Under the pieces are notes generated by a model. It made no database searches. It saw only the letters and a program-made list of their open reading frames with translations, and was not told where the DNA came from. The position numbers were made by a program, and so were the translations under genes. Shown piece by piece: positions 9,263 through 18,986 of a DNA stretch of 64,000 bases; position 1 is the first letter of the stretch; the number at the start of each line of letters is the position of its first letter. The DNA comes from Thermodesulfobacteriota bacterium (GTDB lineage: Bacteria > Desulfobacterota_D > UBA1144 > Nemesobacterales > Nemesobacteraceae): contig OZ245933.1 in the NCBI GenBank assembly GCA_965229995.1, positions 1,317,800-1,381,799 on the forward strand, given 5' to 3'.

Positions 9263-10816
9263 TCATTCCTCTTTCCTAAACGAAAACATCCGCACTTCCT
9301 TTATTCCGAGAAGTCTTGCGAGCAAAAAGTAAAGGATAATGCCGACAGCAACCGAGGCAACCATAACAAGCGTCTTATCGATGGAAAAACCAGTCTCATT
9401 CCACGTAAAGAAACCGGCAACAGCACTTACCGCAAAACCCATAATAACCGAGATCGCGAGAATTCTAAGGGAAAAGAAGAGAATCTCTCGGGAGAGAAAA
9501 TCTCCCAGACGGCCGTTTAGAAGAACCACAAGCAGAATAAAGTTCATCACAGAAGAAATCGAACTCGCAAGGGCCAGACCGAAATGGTCAAGCGAAAAGA
9601 CAAATCCCAGAACGAACCCACAGACTGCGTTCAGCAGGAAACAGAAAAACGCCACCTTGACCGGCGTCTTTGTATCTTGAAGAGCGAAAAAGGCGGGTAC
9701 TGTGATGCGAATTCCTCCCACGGCGAAAAGCCCGAGGCCGTAGCCCAGAATTGCCTGAGAAGTGCTTATAACCGCCACGTAATCAAATTCGCCATGCTGG
9801 TAAAGGAAGTTGCAGAGGGGAACCCGCAAGGCAACTATCCCTACCATAGCGGGCACCATTATAAACAGCATGCGCCTGAGTGAGCGCAAATATTCTGTGC
9901 CGAAGCCCCCGTAATCCTCCCTTGCGGCGTAGCCTGAAAGCGCGGGAAGCGTGACGGTCGCAAGGGAAACGGCGACCACCCCGAGGGGGAACTCTATTAT
10001 CCTCTCCGCGAAATAAAGATAGGAAACCGTTCCCTCAGACATAAAAGACGCGTACTGGGTGTTCACTAGTATATTCAGGTTGTAGACCGCTATCCCGAAA
10101 AGCTGGGGGAACATGAGTAACGCGAGTCTCCTGACCGCCGGGTGATTGAGGGTTCTCGTGAACCCGAACATGAACTTTTTTTCGCGAAGATAAAACAGGT
10201 GGAGCAGCAGCTGCAGCACTCCTCCTCCAAGAACTCCGAAGCAAAGAGAAACCACAGGCACATCGAGTTCTGTGTAAAGAAACAGGGCGCTTGCTATTAT
10301 GCCCAGGTTAAAAAGAACCGGAGAAAAAGCCGGAGCGAAAAAATGCCTTAGGGAGTTAAGAACCCCCATCGCCAAGGCCGTAAGAGAGATCAAAAGTACG
10401 TAGGGAAAAATAAGCCTGTTGAGATAGACAGCCAGATCGAAAGTCTTCTGATCGAATCCGTAGGCGAAAAGCTTCACAAGCCAGGGGGAAAAAATTACTC
10501 CCAGCACTACCACGAAAACAAGAATGATGAAAAGTACGGTGAATGCGGAACGCAGGGCGTTTTTCGCCTCCCGCCTGTCACCCGATTCAAGATACTCCGA
10601 GAATACAGGTACGAAAATCGCCGCTAGGGATCCCTCGGCGAAAAGGCGGCGCAGCAGGTTGGGGATGCGGAACGCGACATAGAAAGCGTCGGTTTGAAAA
10701 CCCGCTCCGAAAAGCGCCGCCACCACAACGTCCCGCAGGTATCCGACGATCCTGCTTAGAAGGGTGAGGAAACCTACAAGACCCCACTTGCGCTTATGAT
10801 CTTCCTTGATTTCCAT
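9263..10816 (-). CDS. murJ: Lipid II flippase MurJ (MviN)
   Basis: Polytopic membrane protein with the MurJ N-terminal pattern (RDVVVAALFGAGFQTDAFYVAFRIPNLLRRLFAEGS). The start is placed at the internal Met (MEIKEDH) so the gene does not overlap the upstream gene; the full ORF extends to 10870. Confidence 0.85.
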   Translation of the reverse strand: MEIKEDHKRKWGLVGFLTLLSRIVGYLRDVVVAALFGAGFQTDAFYVAFRIPNLLRRLFAEGSLAAIFVPVFSEYLESGDRREAKNALRSAFTVLFIILVFVVVLGVIFSPWLVKLFAYGFDQKTFDLAVYLNRLIFPYVLLISLTALAMGVLNSLRHFFAPAFSPVLFNLGIIASALFLYTELDVPVVSLCFGVLGGGVLQLLLHLFYLREKKFMFGFTRTLNHPAVRRLALLMFPQLFGIAVYNLNILVNTQYASFMSEGTVSYLYFAERIIEFPLGVVAVSLATVTLPALSGYAAREDYGGFGTEYLRSLRRMLFIMVPAMVGIVALRVPLCNFLYQHGEFDYVAVISTSQAILGYGLGLFAVGGIRITVPAFFALQDTKTPVKVAFFCFLLNAVCGFVLGFVFSLDHFGLALASSISSVMNFILLVVLLNGRLGDFLSREILFFSLRILAISVIMGFAVSAVAGFFTWNETGFSIDKTLVMVASVAVGIILYFLLARLLGIKEVRMFSFRKEE

Positions 10817-10823
10817 AAAAATC

Positions 10824-11132
10824 CTACCCCTCCGGCAAATCACCGCCTTGCGGAGGGTCGACAAACTCAAACTCTATTTCCCCTCTTAGCGCTTCAAGCA
10901 CCCTGCGCGTTTCCGAAGCAAGTTCAGGGGTACTGATTACCTTGACTATCATCTCCTGCGGCACCTCGGTCCTCACCCACATCAGGTGCCCGTAGGTGCC
11001 AAGTATCGCCTGCAAAAGAACATTGGAACTCTTATCCGCAAGTTTTATAAAAAAAACAGACATTTTCCCCCAATCGAATTCAAACTGAACCTCACCCGTA
11101 AAATCAAGGTCCTTGGATGAGAGTATATACAA
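10824..11132 (-). CDS. Hypothetical small protein immediately upstream of murJ
   Basis: 102 aa ORF ending 7 nt before the proposed murJ start, with an AGGA ribosome-binding site in between. No recognisable motif. Confidence 0.45.
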   Translation of the reverse strand: MYILSSKDLDFTGEVQFEFDWGKMSVFFIKLADKSSNVLLQAILGTYGHLMWVRTEVPQEMIVKVISTPELASETRRVLEALRGEIEFEFVDPPQGGDLPEG

Positions 11133-11274
11133 AATAAGCCAACAAGTAGAATCCCGTACCCAACAGATAGTATTTTTTCTTAAATCTCACACCGGCAACG
11201 CCCATTATTAAAGCAACATCTAGTTTTATATTTTCACCGCTCGCTCATTGAAAAGATTAACTATTTCAAAATGT

Positions 11275-11304
11275 TACTTGACTTTTCCTCTGTTTTTTTA
11301 TAAT
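11275..11304 (+). promoter_or_regulatory. Candidate sigma70-type promoter of the dcw cluster (Pmra-like)
   Basis: A perfect TATAAT -10 at 11299-11304, with TTGACT at 11278-11283 (15-nt spacer) or TTACTT at 11275-11280 (18-nt spacer), set in an AT-rich region about 60 nt upstream of mraZ. Confidence 0.4.
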
Positions 11305-11312
11305 TTATGAAT

Positions 11313-11348
11313 TGGCATGAGAGGAATATATTTTGGCATAGAATGGCA
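11313..11348 (+). promoter_or_regulatory. Three direct TGGCA repeats between the -10 and mraZ, a possible MraZ operator
   Basis: TGGCA occurs at 11313, 11334 and 11344, with spacings of 21 and 10 nt (helical periodicity). E. coli MraZ binds TGGGN direct repeats with 10-bp phasing near Pmra. Confidence 0.3.
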
Positions 11349-11362
11349 GGAAGTAGCATAAA

Positions 11363-11809
11363 ATGTTCAGAGGAAGATACGAACACACTATGAGCAAGAC
11401 CGGAAGGGTCAGCATTCCTTCAAAGTTCAGGGAGGTCTGCAGGAAAAAATATTCCGACGAGACCTTCGTAGTTACGAACTTTGACCGCTACCTAATCGCC
11501 TACCCCATGAGGGAATGGAACGAGCTTGAAAAGAAGCTCTCCAAGATCTCCATAACCGACAGCCAGGTGACCTCTTCAATACGCTATCTCATGGGAAACG
11601 CGGTTGACTGCCCCATAGACAATCAGGGAAGAGTGCTGATTCCCCAGTCGCTGCGTTCATACGCAGCCATTGAAACAGAAGTCATTCTGGTCGGCATGCT
11701 GAAAAAAATAGAGATATGGTCAAAAGAGATATGGGAAAAGGAAAACGGTTCCGAGGCATTTGATAACTTCATAGAGAGCAGAGAGGTGCTTGCCGAATAT
11801 GGACTCTAA
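11363..11809 (+). CDS. mraZ: Transcriptional regulator MraZ
   Basis: 148 aa starting MFRGRYEHTMSKTGRVSIP (compare E. coli MFRGATLVNLDSKGRLSVP), with the duplicated MraZ domain; first gene of the dcw cluster. Confidence 0.9.
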   Translation: MFRGRYEHTMSKTGRVSIPSKFREVCRKKYSDETFVVTNFDRYLIAYPMREWNELEKKLSKISITDSQVTSSIRYLMGNAVDCPIDNQGRVLIPQSLRSYAAIETEVILVGMLKKIEIWSKEIWEKENGSEAFDNFIESREVLAEYGL

Positions 11810-12779
11810 GAGAATAAAAGCCGCGGCCTTAGGCTCTGAGCCCCAGGAACAGTTCCACTTCCCCGTCATGGTAAAAGAGGTAGTCGAATACCTTGATCTG
11901 CCGGAGGACGCCGTAGTGGTCGACGCAACCGTGGGTCTCGGCGGACACTCCGAGTGCCTTCTCAATAAATATCCTTCAATATCAAAGCTAATAGGGATGG
12001 ACGTTGATCAGGCCGCGATCTCTCTTGCGAAAGGCAGGCTTTCGGCCAGCGAAGAAAAAGTAGAGATGGTAAACAGGAATTTCATACACATAAAAAGCAC
12101 GGTCAACTCCTTGGGAATAGAGTACGTGGACGGTATCGTCGCCGACCTGGGAATCTCATCTTTTCAGCTTGAGCGCAGCGGCAAGGGATTCAGCTTTAAG
12201 AAAAACGAGTTTCTGGACATGAGAATGGACGGGGGTCTTCAGTTCTCCGCTTACGATCTTGTAAACGAAATGAAAAGCGAAGAACTCGAATACATACTGA
12301 AAACATACGGTGAAGAGAAATTCGCACGGAGAATCGCAAGCTCGATAGTGAAAAGCAGGGCCAAAAAACCCATACAGACTTCCTTTGAGCTGGCCTCAAT
12401 AATCTCAAACTCAATACCGAAAAAGTTTCACCCGAAAAAGACGCATCCAGCGACCAAGACTTTTCAGGCGCTTCGAATCTCGATTAACAACGAACTAGAC
12501 AACCTGGAGACCTTTATCGAAGAAGCCGTGAAGATTCTAAAGACCGGAGCGAGACTGGCGATAATCTCTTTCCACTCGCTTGAAGACAGAATAGTTAAAA
12601 ACATGTTCAGGAAACTTGACTCTCCCTGTGTTTGTCCTCCAGACCTTCCCGTATGCGCGTGCGGAAAAGTTCAGCAGGTAAGGATAGTGACCCGTTCGGT
12701 CGTAAGACCCGGGAAAAGCGAGGTGGAGGAAAATCCCAGGGCGAGAAGTTCAAAAATGAGAGTAGCAGAGGGGGTATAA
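11790..12779 (+). CDS. rsmH: 16S rRNA (cytosine1402-N4)-methyltransferase RsmH (MraW)
   Basis: 329 aa with a SAM-binding GxGGH motif (ATVGLGGHSE), in the conserved position after mraZ. Confidence 0.9.
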   Translation: MPNMDSKRIKAAALGSEPQEQFHFPVMVKEVVEYLDLPEDAVVVDATVGLGGHSECLLNKYPSISKLIGMDVDQAAISLAKGRLSASEEKVEMVNRNFIHIKSTVNSLGIEYVDGIVADLGISSFQLERSGKGFSFKKNEFLDMRMDGGLQFSAYDLVNEMKSEELEYILKTYGEEKFARRIASSIVKSRAKKPIQTSFELASIISNSIPKKFHPKKTHPATKTFQALRISINNELDNLETFIEEAVKILKTGARLAIISFHSLEDRIVKNMFRKLDSPCVCPPDLPVCACGKVQQVRIVTRSVVRPGKSEVEENPRARSSKMRVAEGV

Positions 12780-12784
12780 CCACA

Positions 12785-13108
12785 ATGAGAAGAAAGCTTT
12801 CCGGAAGTAAGAAAAAAGAGAGTGGCTTTTCCCTGCGCACCGCGATCATCCTCGGGGTCTTGTTTGTAACGGCCCTTTGCTTTTTGCGCGTCAAGGTTGA
12901 ATACACGAGAACCGGTTACGAGATCTCCAGAAACAAGGAAACGGAAAGGGAGTTCATAAAGGAAGGTCAGATTCTCAACTACGAACTCTCAAAACTCAAG
13001 TCCCCGGAATTTCTGGAACCCGTGGCAAAGAAAATGGGGTTCAGGTTCGCCACTTATAAGGATGTCGTTTTCGTTGAAGAGGTAGTACTTGCTGGAAAAG
13101 CAGAATGA
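12785..13108 (+). CDS. ftsL: Cell division protein FtsL
   Basis: About 107 aa bitopic protein (short cytoplasmic tail, one transmembrane helix, coiled-coil periplasmic part) between rsmH and ftsI. The start is taken at the first ATG after the rsmH stop; the unrestricted ORF extends upstream to 12632. Confidence 0.7.
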   Translation: MRRKLSGSKKKESGFSLRTAIILGVLFVTALCFLRVKVEYTRTGYEISRNKETEREFIKEGQILNYELSKLKSPEFLEPVAKKMGFRFATYKDVVFVEEVVLAGKAE

Positions 13109-14985
13109 AGACTCCTAGAAAAGGAAAATGGAAATTTTATCTCACCACGGTTTTTATTACCGGCCTCTTTGTGGCTCTGGGATACAGGTCCTTTGAAATC
13201 CAGGTGCTCCAAAGCGACAGGTTTTCCGCAGGCGCGAAAAAACAGCACAGCAGGGTTTATAAAATGCCTCCGATACGGGGAACTTTGTATGACCGGAATA
13301 AAAAACCCCTGGCCACAAGCGTCTGGGCAACTTCGATCTATGTAAACCCCAAGAAAGTAAAAGACCCGGACAAGCTCGCACGGGCAATATCGAAACCGCT
13401 TGGTCTCTCCCGCAAGAAGCTGCTCAGAGCCGCGCACTCCGAGAAGCCTTTCGTATGGATCAAAAGAGGAGAGGATTCCGAGACCGCAAAGAAAATAGAG
13501 GCCATGGGCATCTCAGGTGTCGGCTTCGCCGAAGAACCGAGAAGAATCTATCCAAACGGTTCCCTGCTTGGACAGGCACTCGGATTCACTAACATCGATC
13601 TTAAGGGAGTAGAGGGCCTTGAATACGGCTTTGAGAAGACGCTTGCCGGCAAACCCACCACGGTCAGAGTCAGAACCGACGGCAGGGGAAACCGCATATC
13701 CGACATCCTTCTCAATGCAAAAGAGCAGTCGACAAAGGGAAACGATGTGCTGCTTACCGTGGATTCCAATATACAGCACATAACGGAAACCGCACTTGAG
13801 AAGGGCTTAAGAGAAATGAAGGCGGACAGGGGAGCCGCTCTTTTGATGAACCCCCAGACCGGCGAGATACTTGCCATGGCTTCCTATCCGTTTTTCGATC
13901 CGAACCGCTTCGACGAGTTCCCCCAAGAAGCAAGGAAAAATCTGCCCGTATGGATGTCCTTTGAGCCCGGTTCCACTCTTAAGGTGTTTTTGGCCGCAGC
14001 GCTGCTTGAAGAAAAAATGGGTGATGAGAACACCGAGTATGACTGTGAGAACGGAAAGCAGAGAATAGGTTCAAACGTAATAAAGGACGTGCACGGCCAC
14101 GGAATCCTGACCGTTTCCGAGACCATAACGTATTCAAGCAACATATGCGCCTGGAAAATGGGGAAAACCCTTGGGAAGAAGAAACTTCACGACTCGCTTA
14201 GAAATTTCGGTTTTGGAAAAACGGTCGGAGTGGATCTTCCAGGAGAAGCCAGCGGAAGAATACAGAACCTGAGAAACTGGGGAGATATAGAACTGGCGAC
14301 GATATCGTTCGGACAGGGAATATCGGTAACGGCTATTCAACTGGCAACAGCGCTTTCAAGCATCGCAAATGGCGGATACCTGATGAAACCGTACATCGTG
14401 AAGAAAATCGTGTCGCCGGAAGGAAAAGTGCTCCTGGAAAAGAGCCCTGAGGTGCTAAAAAGAGTCGTTTCCTACGATACGGCTTCGAAGATTACCACAA
14501 TTCTTGAACAAGTGGTGGAAAACGGCACGGGCAAAAACGCCAGGATCTCCGGCTACAGAGTCGCCGGAAAAACAGGTACGGCGCAGATGGCCAATCCGGA
14601 AACCGGCACTTATTACAAAAGCAGATATCTTTCGTCGTTCATCGGCTTCGCTCCCGCTGATGATCCGCGCCTTGCCCTCGTGGTAATTGCCGAGAACCCA
14701 AGAAAGCACACTTACGGAGGAGTAGTCGCGGCTCCCATTTTCAAGTCCATAACTGAAAAAGTCCTGTTTTACATGCGCATACCGCCACGCGAGGAAAGAA
14801 TCGAGGAAACAGTCATGCCGGACATGGCGAACAAAAGCGCAAGAGCCGTAATGAAGTGGGCGGAAGAAGAAGAAGTCTCAGTCAGGTTCATAGGAAGCGG
14901 CTACGTGGTCAGCCAACACCCACCCTCAGGAAAAAGAATAAGAAGGGGAACAGACTGCACTTTTACCCTTAAACAGAACATATGA
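13105..14985 (+). CDS. ftsI: Peptidoglycan D,D-transpeptidase FtsI (class B PBP) with a C-terminal PASTA domain
   Basis: 626 aa with an N-terminal transmembrane anchor, a dimerisation domain and transpeptidase motifs (SxxK-like STLK, SSN, KTGT). A single PASTA-like domain sits at the C-terminus (AVMKWAEEEEVSVRFIGSGYVVSQHPPSGKRI). Confidence 0.9.
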   Translation: MKTPRKGKWKFYLTTVFITGLFVALGYRSFEIQVLQSDRFSAGAKKQHSRVYKMPPIRGTLYDRNKKPLATSVWATSIYVNPKKVKDPDKLARAISKPLGLSRKKLLRAAHSEKPFVWIKRGEDSETAKKIEAMGISGVGFAEEPRRIYPNGSLLGQALGFTNIDLKGVEGLEYGFEKTLAGKPTTVRVRTDGRGNRISDILLNAKEQSTKGNDVLLTVDSNIQHITETALEKGLREMKADRGAALLMNPQTGEILAMASYPFFDPNRFDEFPQEARKNLPVWMSFEPGSTLKVFLAAALLEEKMGDENTEYDCENGKQRIGSNVIKDVHGHGILTVSETITYSSNICAWKMGKTLGKKKLHDSLRNFGFGKTVGVDLPGEASGRIQNLRNWGDIELATISFGQGISVTAIQLATALSSIANGGYLMKPYIVKKIVSPEGKVLLEKSPEVLKRVVSYDTASKITTILEQVVENGTGKNARISGYRVAGKTGTAQMANPETGTYYKSRYLSSFIGFAPADDPRLALVVIAENPRKHTYGGVVAAPIFKSITEKVLFYMRIPPREERIEETVMPDMANKSARAVMKWAEEEEVSVRFIGSGYVVSQHPPSGKRIRRGTDCTFTLKQNI

Positions 14986-16484
14986 GATTAGCAGATGTTC
15001 TGAAGAACGCGGGAATTGAAACGTTAACTGGATCGCAGAATCCGGGAGATACGGAAATTACAGGAATAACTCTCAACTCGCAGAACGTGGAACCGGGTTC
15101 CCTTTTTATAGCTATCAGGGGCAAAGTCACTGACGGGCACATGTACGCCGCCTCGGCGGTAAAAAAAGGGGCGGCGGCACTTCTGCTTGAGGATGTTTCA
15201 GAAGAAATTCCAAGCCTCGGGGTTCCCGTCGCGAAAGCAGGCGACTCAAGGGCCGCAGCCTCCATCGTCGCCTCCAATTTCCACGACCACCCTTCCCTGG
15301 CAATGAAGGTCGTGGGGGTAACGGGAACCAACGGAAAAACCACCGTGTCCCACATGATCGAAGCCGGCTGGAAGGCCGAGGGGGTAAACACGGGACTTCT
15401 GGGAACCATAGAGAACAGATACATGGGAAAGACCGAAGCCGCTTCCCTTACTACACCCGATCCCATCGCTTTTATGAGCATGCTGCGAGAGATGAAAGAC
15501 GCCGGAGTGACGAACGTCACGCTCGAGGTGTCCTCGCACGCCCTTGACCTAAAAAGGGTCGACGGATGTCATTTTGACGCGGCGATATTCACGAACCTCA
15601 CCCAGGATCACCTGGACTACCACCAGACGCTTGAAGATTACTTCAGGGCCAAGGAAAGGCTTTTCTCGGAAGTTCTCGAGAGAAGCGCGAAAAAAGAGGT
15701 GTTCTCGATAATAAACGCGGACGATCCTTTCGCAGACAGGATATCCGTCCCGAAAAAAGGGCAAAAAATAACGTTTTCCATGAAAAAAAAAGACTCAGTT
15801 GTATTCGCGGAGCATTTAACGCTTGATTCAGGAGGCATAAAGGCCATACTGGCCACCCCGTGGGGCAAGGTGGAACTTGACTCAAAACTCATGGGGAAAC
15901 ACAACCTCTATAACATGATGGCGGCAACCGGAACACTCCTCTCTCTCGGTTCGTCCCCTGGGACAACCGGGAGAGCGCTGAGTGAACTCAGGCGCGTACC
16001 AGGAAGACTCGAGAAAATTGAAAATGCCCTGGGAATAGACGTTTTCGTGGATTACGCCCACACTCCTGACGCGCTTGAGAACGTGCTTGAGTGCCTGAAA
16101 CCTTTCTGTGCGGAGAAACTCATCACCGTGGTGGGTTGCGGCGGAGACAGGGACAGGGGAAAACGGCCTCTCATGGCCGCAGTCGGGCGCAGGTACTCGG
16201 ATATGCTGATAGTGACTTCGGATAACCCCAGAACAGAAGACCCGGACGGGATAATTGCGGATATGACCGAAGGTATAGAACCCCAAGACGCGGGGGTCGT
16301 GGTCATAGCCGACAGGGAAGAGGCCGTAAAACACGCCGTGGATAGGGCCGGACGTGGAGACACAATCCTGATAGCTGGGAAAGGACACGAAGACTACCAG
16401 ATAATCGGTACCGAGAAGATTCATTTTGACGACAGGGAAATCGCGGGAAAGTACCTTGAAGCCAGGGACAGGAGAGGACTTTGA
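14982..16484 (+). CDS. murE: UDP-N-acetylmuramoyl-L-alanyl-D-glutamate--2,6-diaminopimelate ligase
   Basis: 500 aa Mur ligase with P-loop GVTGTNGKTT, and the DNPR motif (TSDNPRTEDP) associated with meso-DAP-adding MurE. Confidence 0.9.
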   Translation: MRLADVLKNAGIETLTGSQNPGDTEITGITLNSQNVEPGSLFIAIRGKVTDGHMYAASAVKKGAAALLLEDVSEEIPSLGVPVAKAGDSRAAASIVASNFHDHPSLAMKVVGVTGTNGKTTVSHMIEAGWKAEGVNTGLLGTIENRYMGKTEAASLTTPDPIAFMSMLREMKDAGVTNVTLEVSSHALDLKRVDGCHFDAAIFTNLTQDHLDYHQTLEDYFRAKERLFSEVLERSAKKEVFSIINADDPFADRISVPKKGQKITFSMKKKDSVVFAEHLTLDSGGIKAILATPWGKVELDSKLMGKHNLYNMMAATGTLLSLGSSPGTTGRALSELRRVPGRLEKIENALGIDVFVDYAHTPDALENVLECLKPFCAEKLITVVGCGGDRDRGKRPLMAAVGRRYSDMLIVTSDNPRTEDPDGIIADMTEGIEPQDAGVVVIADREEAVKHAVDRAGRGDTILIAGKGHEDYQIIGTEKIHFDDREIAGKYLEARDRRGL

Positions 16485-17866
16485 GATTCAGCCTTGATTT
16501 TCTGCTAGATTCCACCGGGGGCAGCCTTGTCGGTGGCAAGATGCCGATTGGAGCTTCCGGAGTCTCTATCGATTCCAGAAAGATAAAGAAAGACCAGCTT
16601 TTCGTTGCCATAGAGGGTCCAAATTTCGACGGCCACGATTACGTCGCCGAAGCCTTTGAAAAAGGTTCGGTGGGAGCTATAGTGGAAAAATACCCGCAAA
16701 TACAGGACACGAAGCACAACTGCGGCGCGATAATAAAGGTCGAATCCACGCAAAAAGCCCTGCTTGAGATGTCAAGATACTGGAGAAATTCGTTTCCCGA
16801 TCTCCGGGTCGCCGCCATTACGGGTTCTAACGGAAAGACTACAACCAAGAACATGACTCACAGCGTACTGTCCATATCAGGCAACGTGCTCAGCACCTAC
16901 GGCAACCTTAACAACCAGATAGGTCTTCCGCTTAACCTGCTGAAGCTGGAGGAGGAGCATGATTTCTGCGTGCTTGAGATGGGAATGAACTCTTTCGGAG
17001 AGATAAGAACCCTTGCCGAGGTGGCCTCGCCCGATGTGGGAACGATCACCACGGTAGGCAAAGCCCATCTTGAGGAAATGAGGGATATTGAAGGAGTCGC
17101 TAGGGCAAAAGGCGAACTGGTTGAGAACTTCGGCGAGGAAAACACTTTCTGCGTAAACATTGATGATCCTTGGGTGAAGAAAATAGCCGAGCGCGCACAC
17201 TGCCAGAAGATCACGTATGGGGTTACCTCCCCGGAGGCCTTCATAAGGGCAGGCGACATCAGCCATGAGGGGATGGAGTCCATTGAGTTCACGATACACA
17301 TCGGCGAGCGGTCCGCTAAAACAAGAATGAAGGGAATAGGCGCACACAACGTTTCAAACGCACTATCCGCCTCCGCTCTTGCGTATTCGCTTGGATGCGG
17401 AATGAACGAGATACTGGCCGGTCTTGAGAAATACGTTCCCTCCGCGATGCGCCTTGAAGTTATGCGCACCCCGTTTGGCTTCAGGATCATAAACGACTCT
17501 TACAACGCAAATCCCGACTCGATGCGCGCGGCGCTTGACGAACTTGTCAGCCACCGCCGCGGCAAGGCGAAAGCGGTAGCGGTTCTCGGCGACATGCTCG
17601 AACTCGGAGAAAGCAGCGAAAGGGAGCACGAACTGATCGGGGAATATGTTTCCGAACTCGGTCTCGACATGGTGGTGGCCATGGGAAAATTCTCCCGGTC
17701 GCTCGTATCGGCGGTGCAGGCACAAACGGCATGTCACGTAGCGCAGAGCCCGCAAGAGGCGGCTGCCCTGCTTCTTGATGCCTGCGGGGAGAACGACACA
17801 GTGCTTGTAAAAGGGTCCCGGGGAATGAGAATGGAATCAGTAATACAGATGCTCTACAAAAATTAG
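16481..17866 (+). CDS. murF: UDP-N-acetylmuramoyl-tripeptide--D-alanyl-D-alanine ligase
   Basis: 461 aa Mur ligase with P-loop GSNGKTTTK, positioned between murE and mraY. Confidence 0.9.
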   Translation: MRFSLDFLLDSTGGSLVGGKMPIGASGVSIDSRKIKKDQLFVAIEGPNFDGHDYVAEAFEKGSVGAIVEKYPQIQDTKHNCGAIIKVESTQKALLEMSRYWRNSFPDLRVAAITGSNGKTTTKNMTHSVLSISGNVLSTYGNLNNQIGLPLNLLKLEEEHDFCVLEMGMNSFGEIRTLAEVASPDVGTITTVGKAHLEEMRDIEGVARAKGELVENFGEENTFCVNIDDPWVKKIAERAHCQKITYGVTSPEAFIRAGDISHEGMESIEFTIHIGERSAKTRMKGIGAHNVSNALSASALAYSLGCGMNEILAGLEKYVPSAMRLEVMRTPFGFRIINDSYNANPDSMRAALDELVSHRRGKAKAVAVLGDMLELGESSEREHELIGEYVSELGLDMVVAMGKFSRSLVSAVQAQTACHVAQSPQEAAALLLDACGENDTVLVKGSRGMRMESVIQMLYKN

Positions 17867-17869
17867 GCC

Positions 17870-18982
17870 ATGCTCTACTTTCTGCACCTTCTAAAAGACG
17901 AATTTATTTTCCTAAACGTTTTCAAGTACATAACTTTCCGCTCTTTCGGAGCCGGACTGACCTCTTTTCTTCTCTGCGTTTTTCTCGGGAAAAAGCTGAT
18001 TGACTTGCTCAAAGCAGCCCAGTTCCAAGAGACCATACGCAAAGACGGACCCAGCAGCCACGACGCGAAAGCCGGCACTCCCACGATGGGAGGAATATTC
18101 ATCGTAATGGCTATAACCATCTCATCCCTTCTCTGGACGAACTTCCTTGTAGACAAGGTTATGCTCGTACTTCTGTTCATGATAAGTTTCGCCATCCTAG
18201 GATTCTTCGACGATTTCATAAAGATAAAAAAAGGAAAGGGAATAAGGGCAAGGGTAAAGTTTCTCTGCCAGATCATCATCGCGGCGACGTTTGTGGTCAT
18301 TCTCTGCGTGAACGAAAGCGGAAGTTTCTCAATGTCCATGAGGGCCGGGGAAAGTGCGATGTATTCCTCGACCTCCGTAGTGTTTCCCTTCATAAAGCAG
18401 GCCGTGGTAGATTTCGGATATCTCTACATATTCTTTGCCCTCCTAGTTACCGTCGGTTCTTCAAACGCGGTGAATCTGACCGACGGTCTTGACGGTCTGG
18501 CCATAGGTTCGATTGCCATCGTAACCACTACCTACATAGTTTTCGCTTATCTCGCAGGAAACCTGCAGTTTGCAAGCTACCTGCAGATCCCGCACGTACA
18601 GGGAGCCGGGGAACTGGCCATTTTTCTCGCGGCGGTCGGAGGGGCATGCCTCGGATTTCTTTGGTACAACTCCTATCCCGCACAGGTCTTCATGGGAGAC
18701 GTGGGTTCTCTCTCGCTGGGGGCGGCCATAGGATTCAGCGCTCTCGTGATAAAACAGGAAATACTTCTGATAGTCGCCGGGGGGATATTCTTCGTGGAAA
18801 CCCTCTCGGTGATAATTCAGGTGGTCTCGTTTCGCTCTACCGGCAAAAGAGTTTTCAGGATGACGCCTCTTCATCACCATTTCGAGCTTGCCGGATGGGC
18901 CGAATCGAAAGTAGTGGTGCGTTTCTGGATAATATGCGTGGTTCTTTCTATTCTCGCTCTTTCAAGCCTGAAGATAAGGTGA
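17870..18982 (+). CDS. mraY: Phospho-N-acetylmuramoyl-pentapeptide transferase
   Basis: 370 aa polytopic membrane protein with MraY motifs (NAVNLTDGLDGLA, and HHHFE in PLHHHFELAGW). Confidence 0.9.
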   Translation: MLYFLHLLKDEFIFLNVFKYITFRSFGAGLTSFLLCVFLGKKLIDLLKAAQFQETIRKDGPSSHDAKAGTPTMGGIFIVMAITISSLLWTNFLVDKVMLVLLFMISFAILGFFDDFIKIKKGKGIRARVKFLCQIIIAATFVVILCVNESGSFSMSMRAGESAMYSSTSVVFPFIKQAVVDFGYLYIFFALLVTVGSSNAVNLTDGLDGLAIGSIAIVTTTYIVFAYLAGNLQFASYLQIPHVQGAGELAIFLAAVGGACLGFLWYNSYPAQVFMGDVGSLSLGAAIGFSALVIKQEILLIVAGGIFFVETLSVIIQVVSFRSTGKRVFRMTPLHHHFELAGWAESKVVVRFWIICVVLSILALSSLKIR

Positions 18983-18986
18983 TCAG

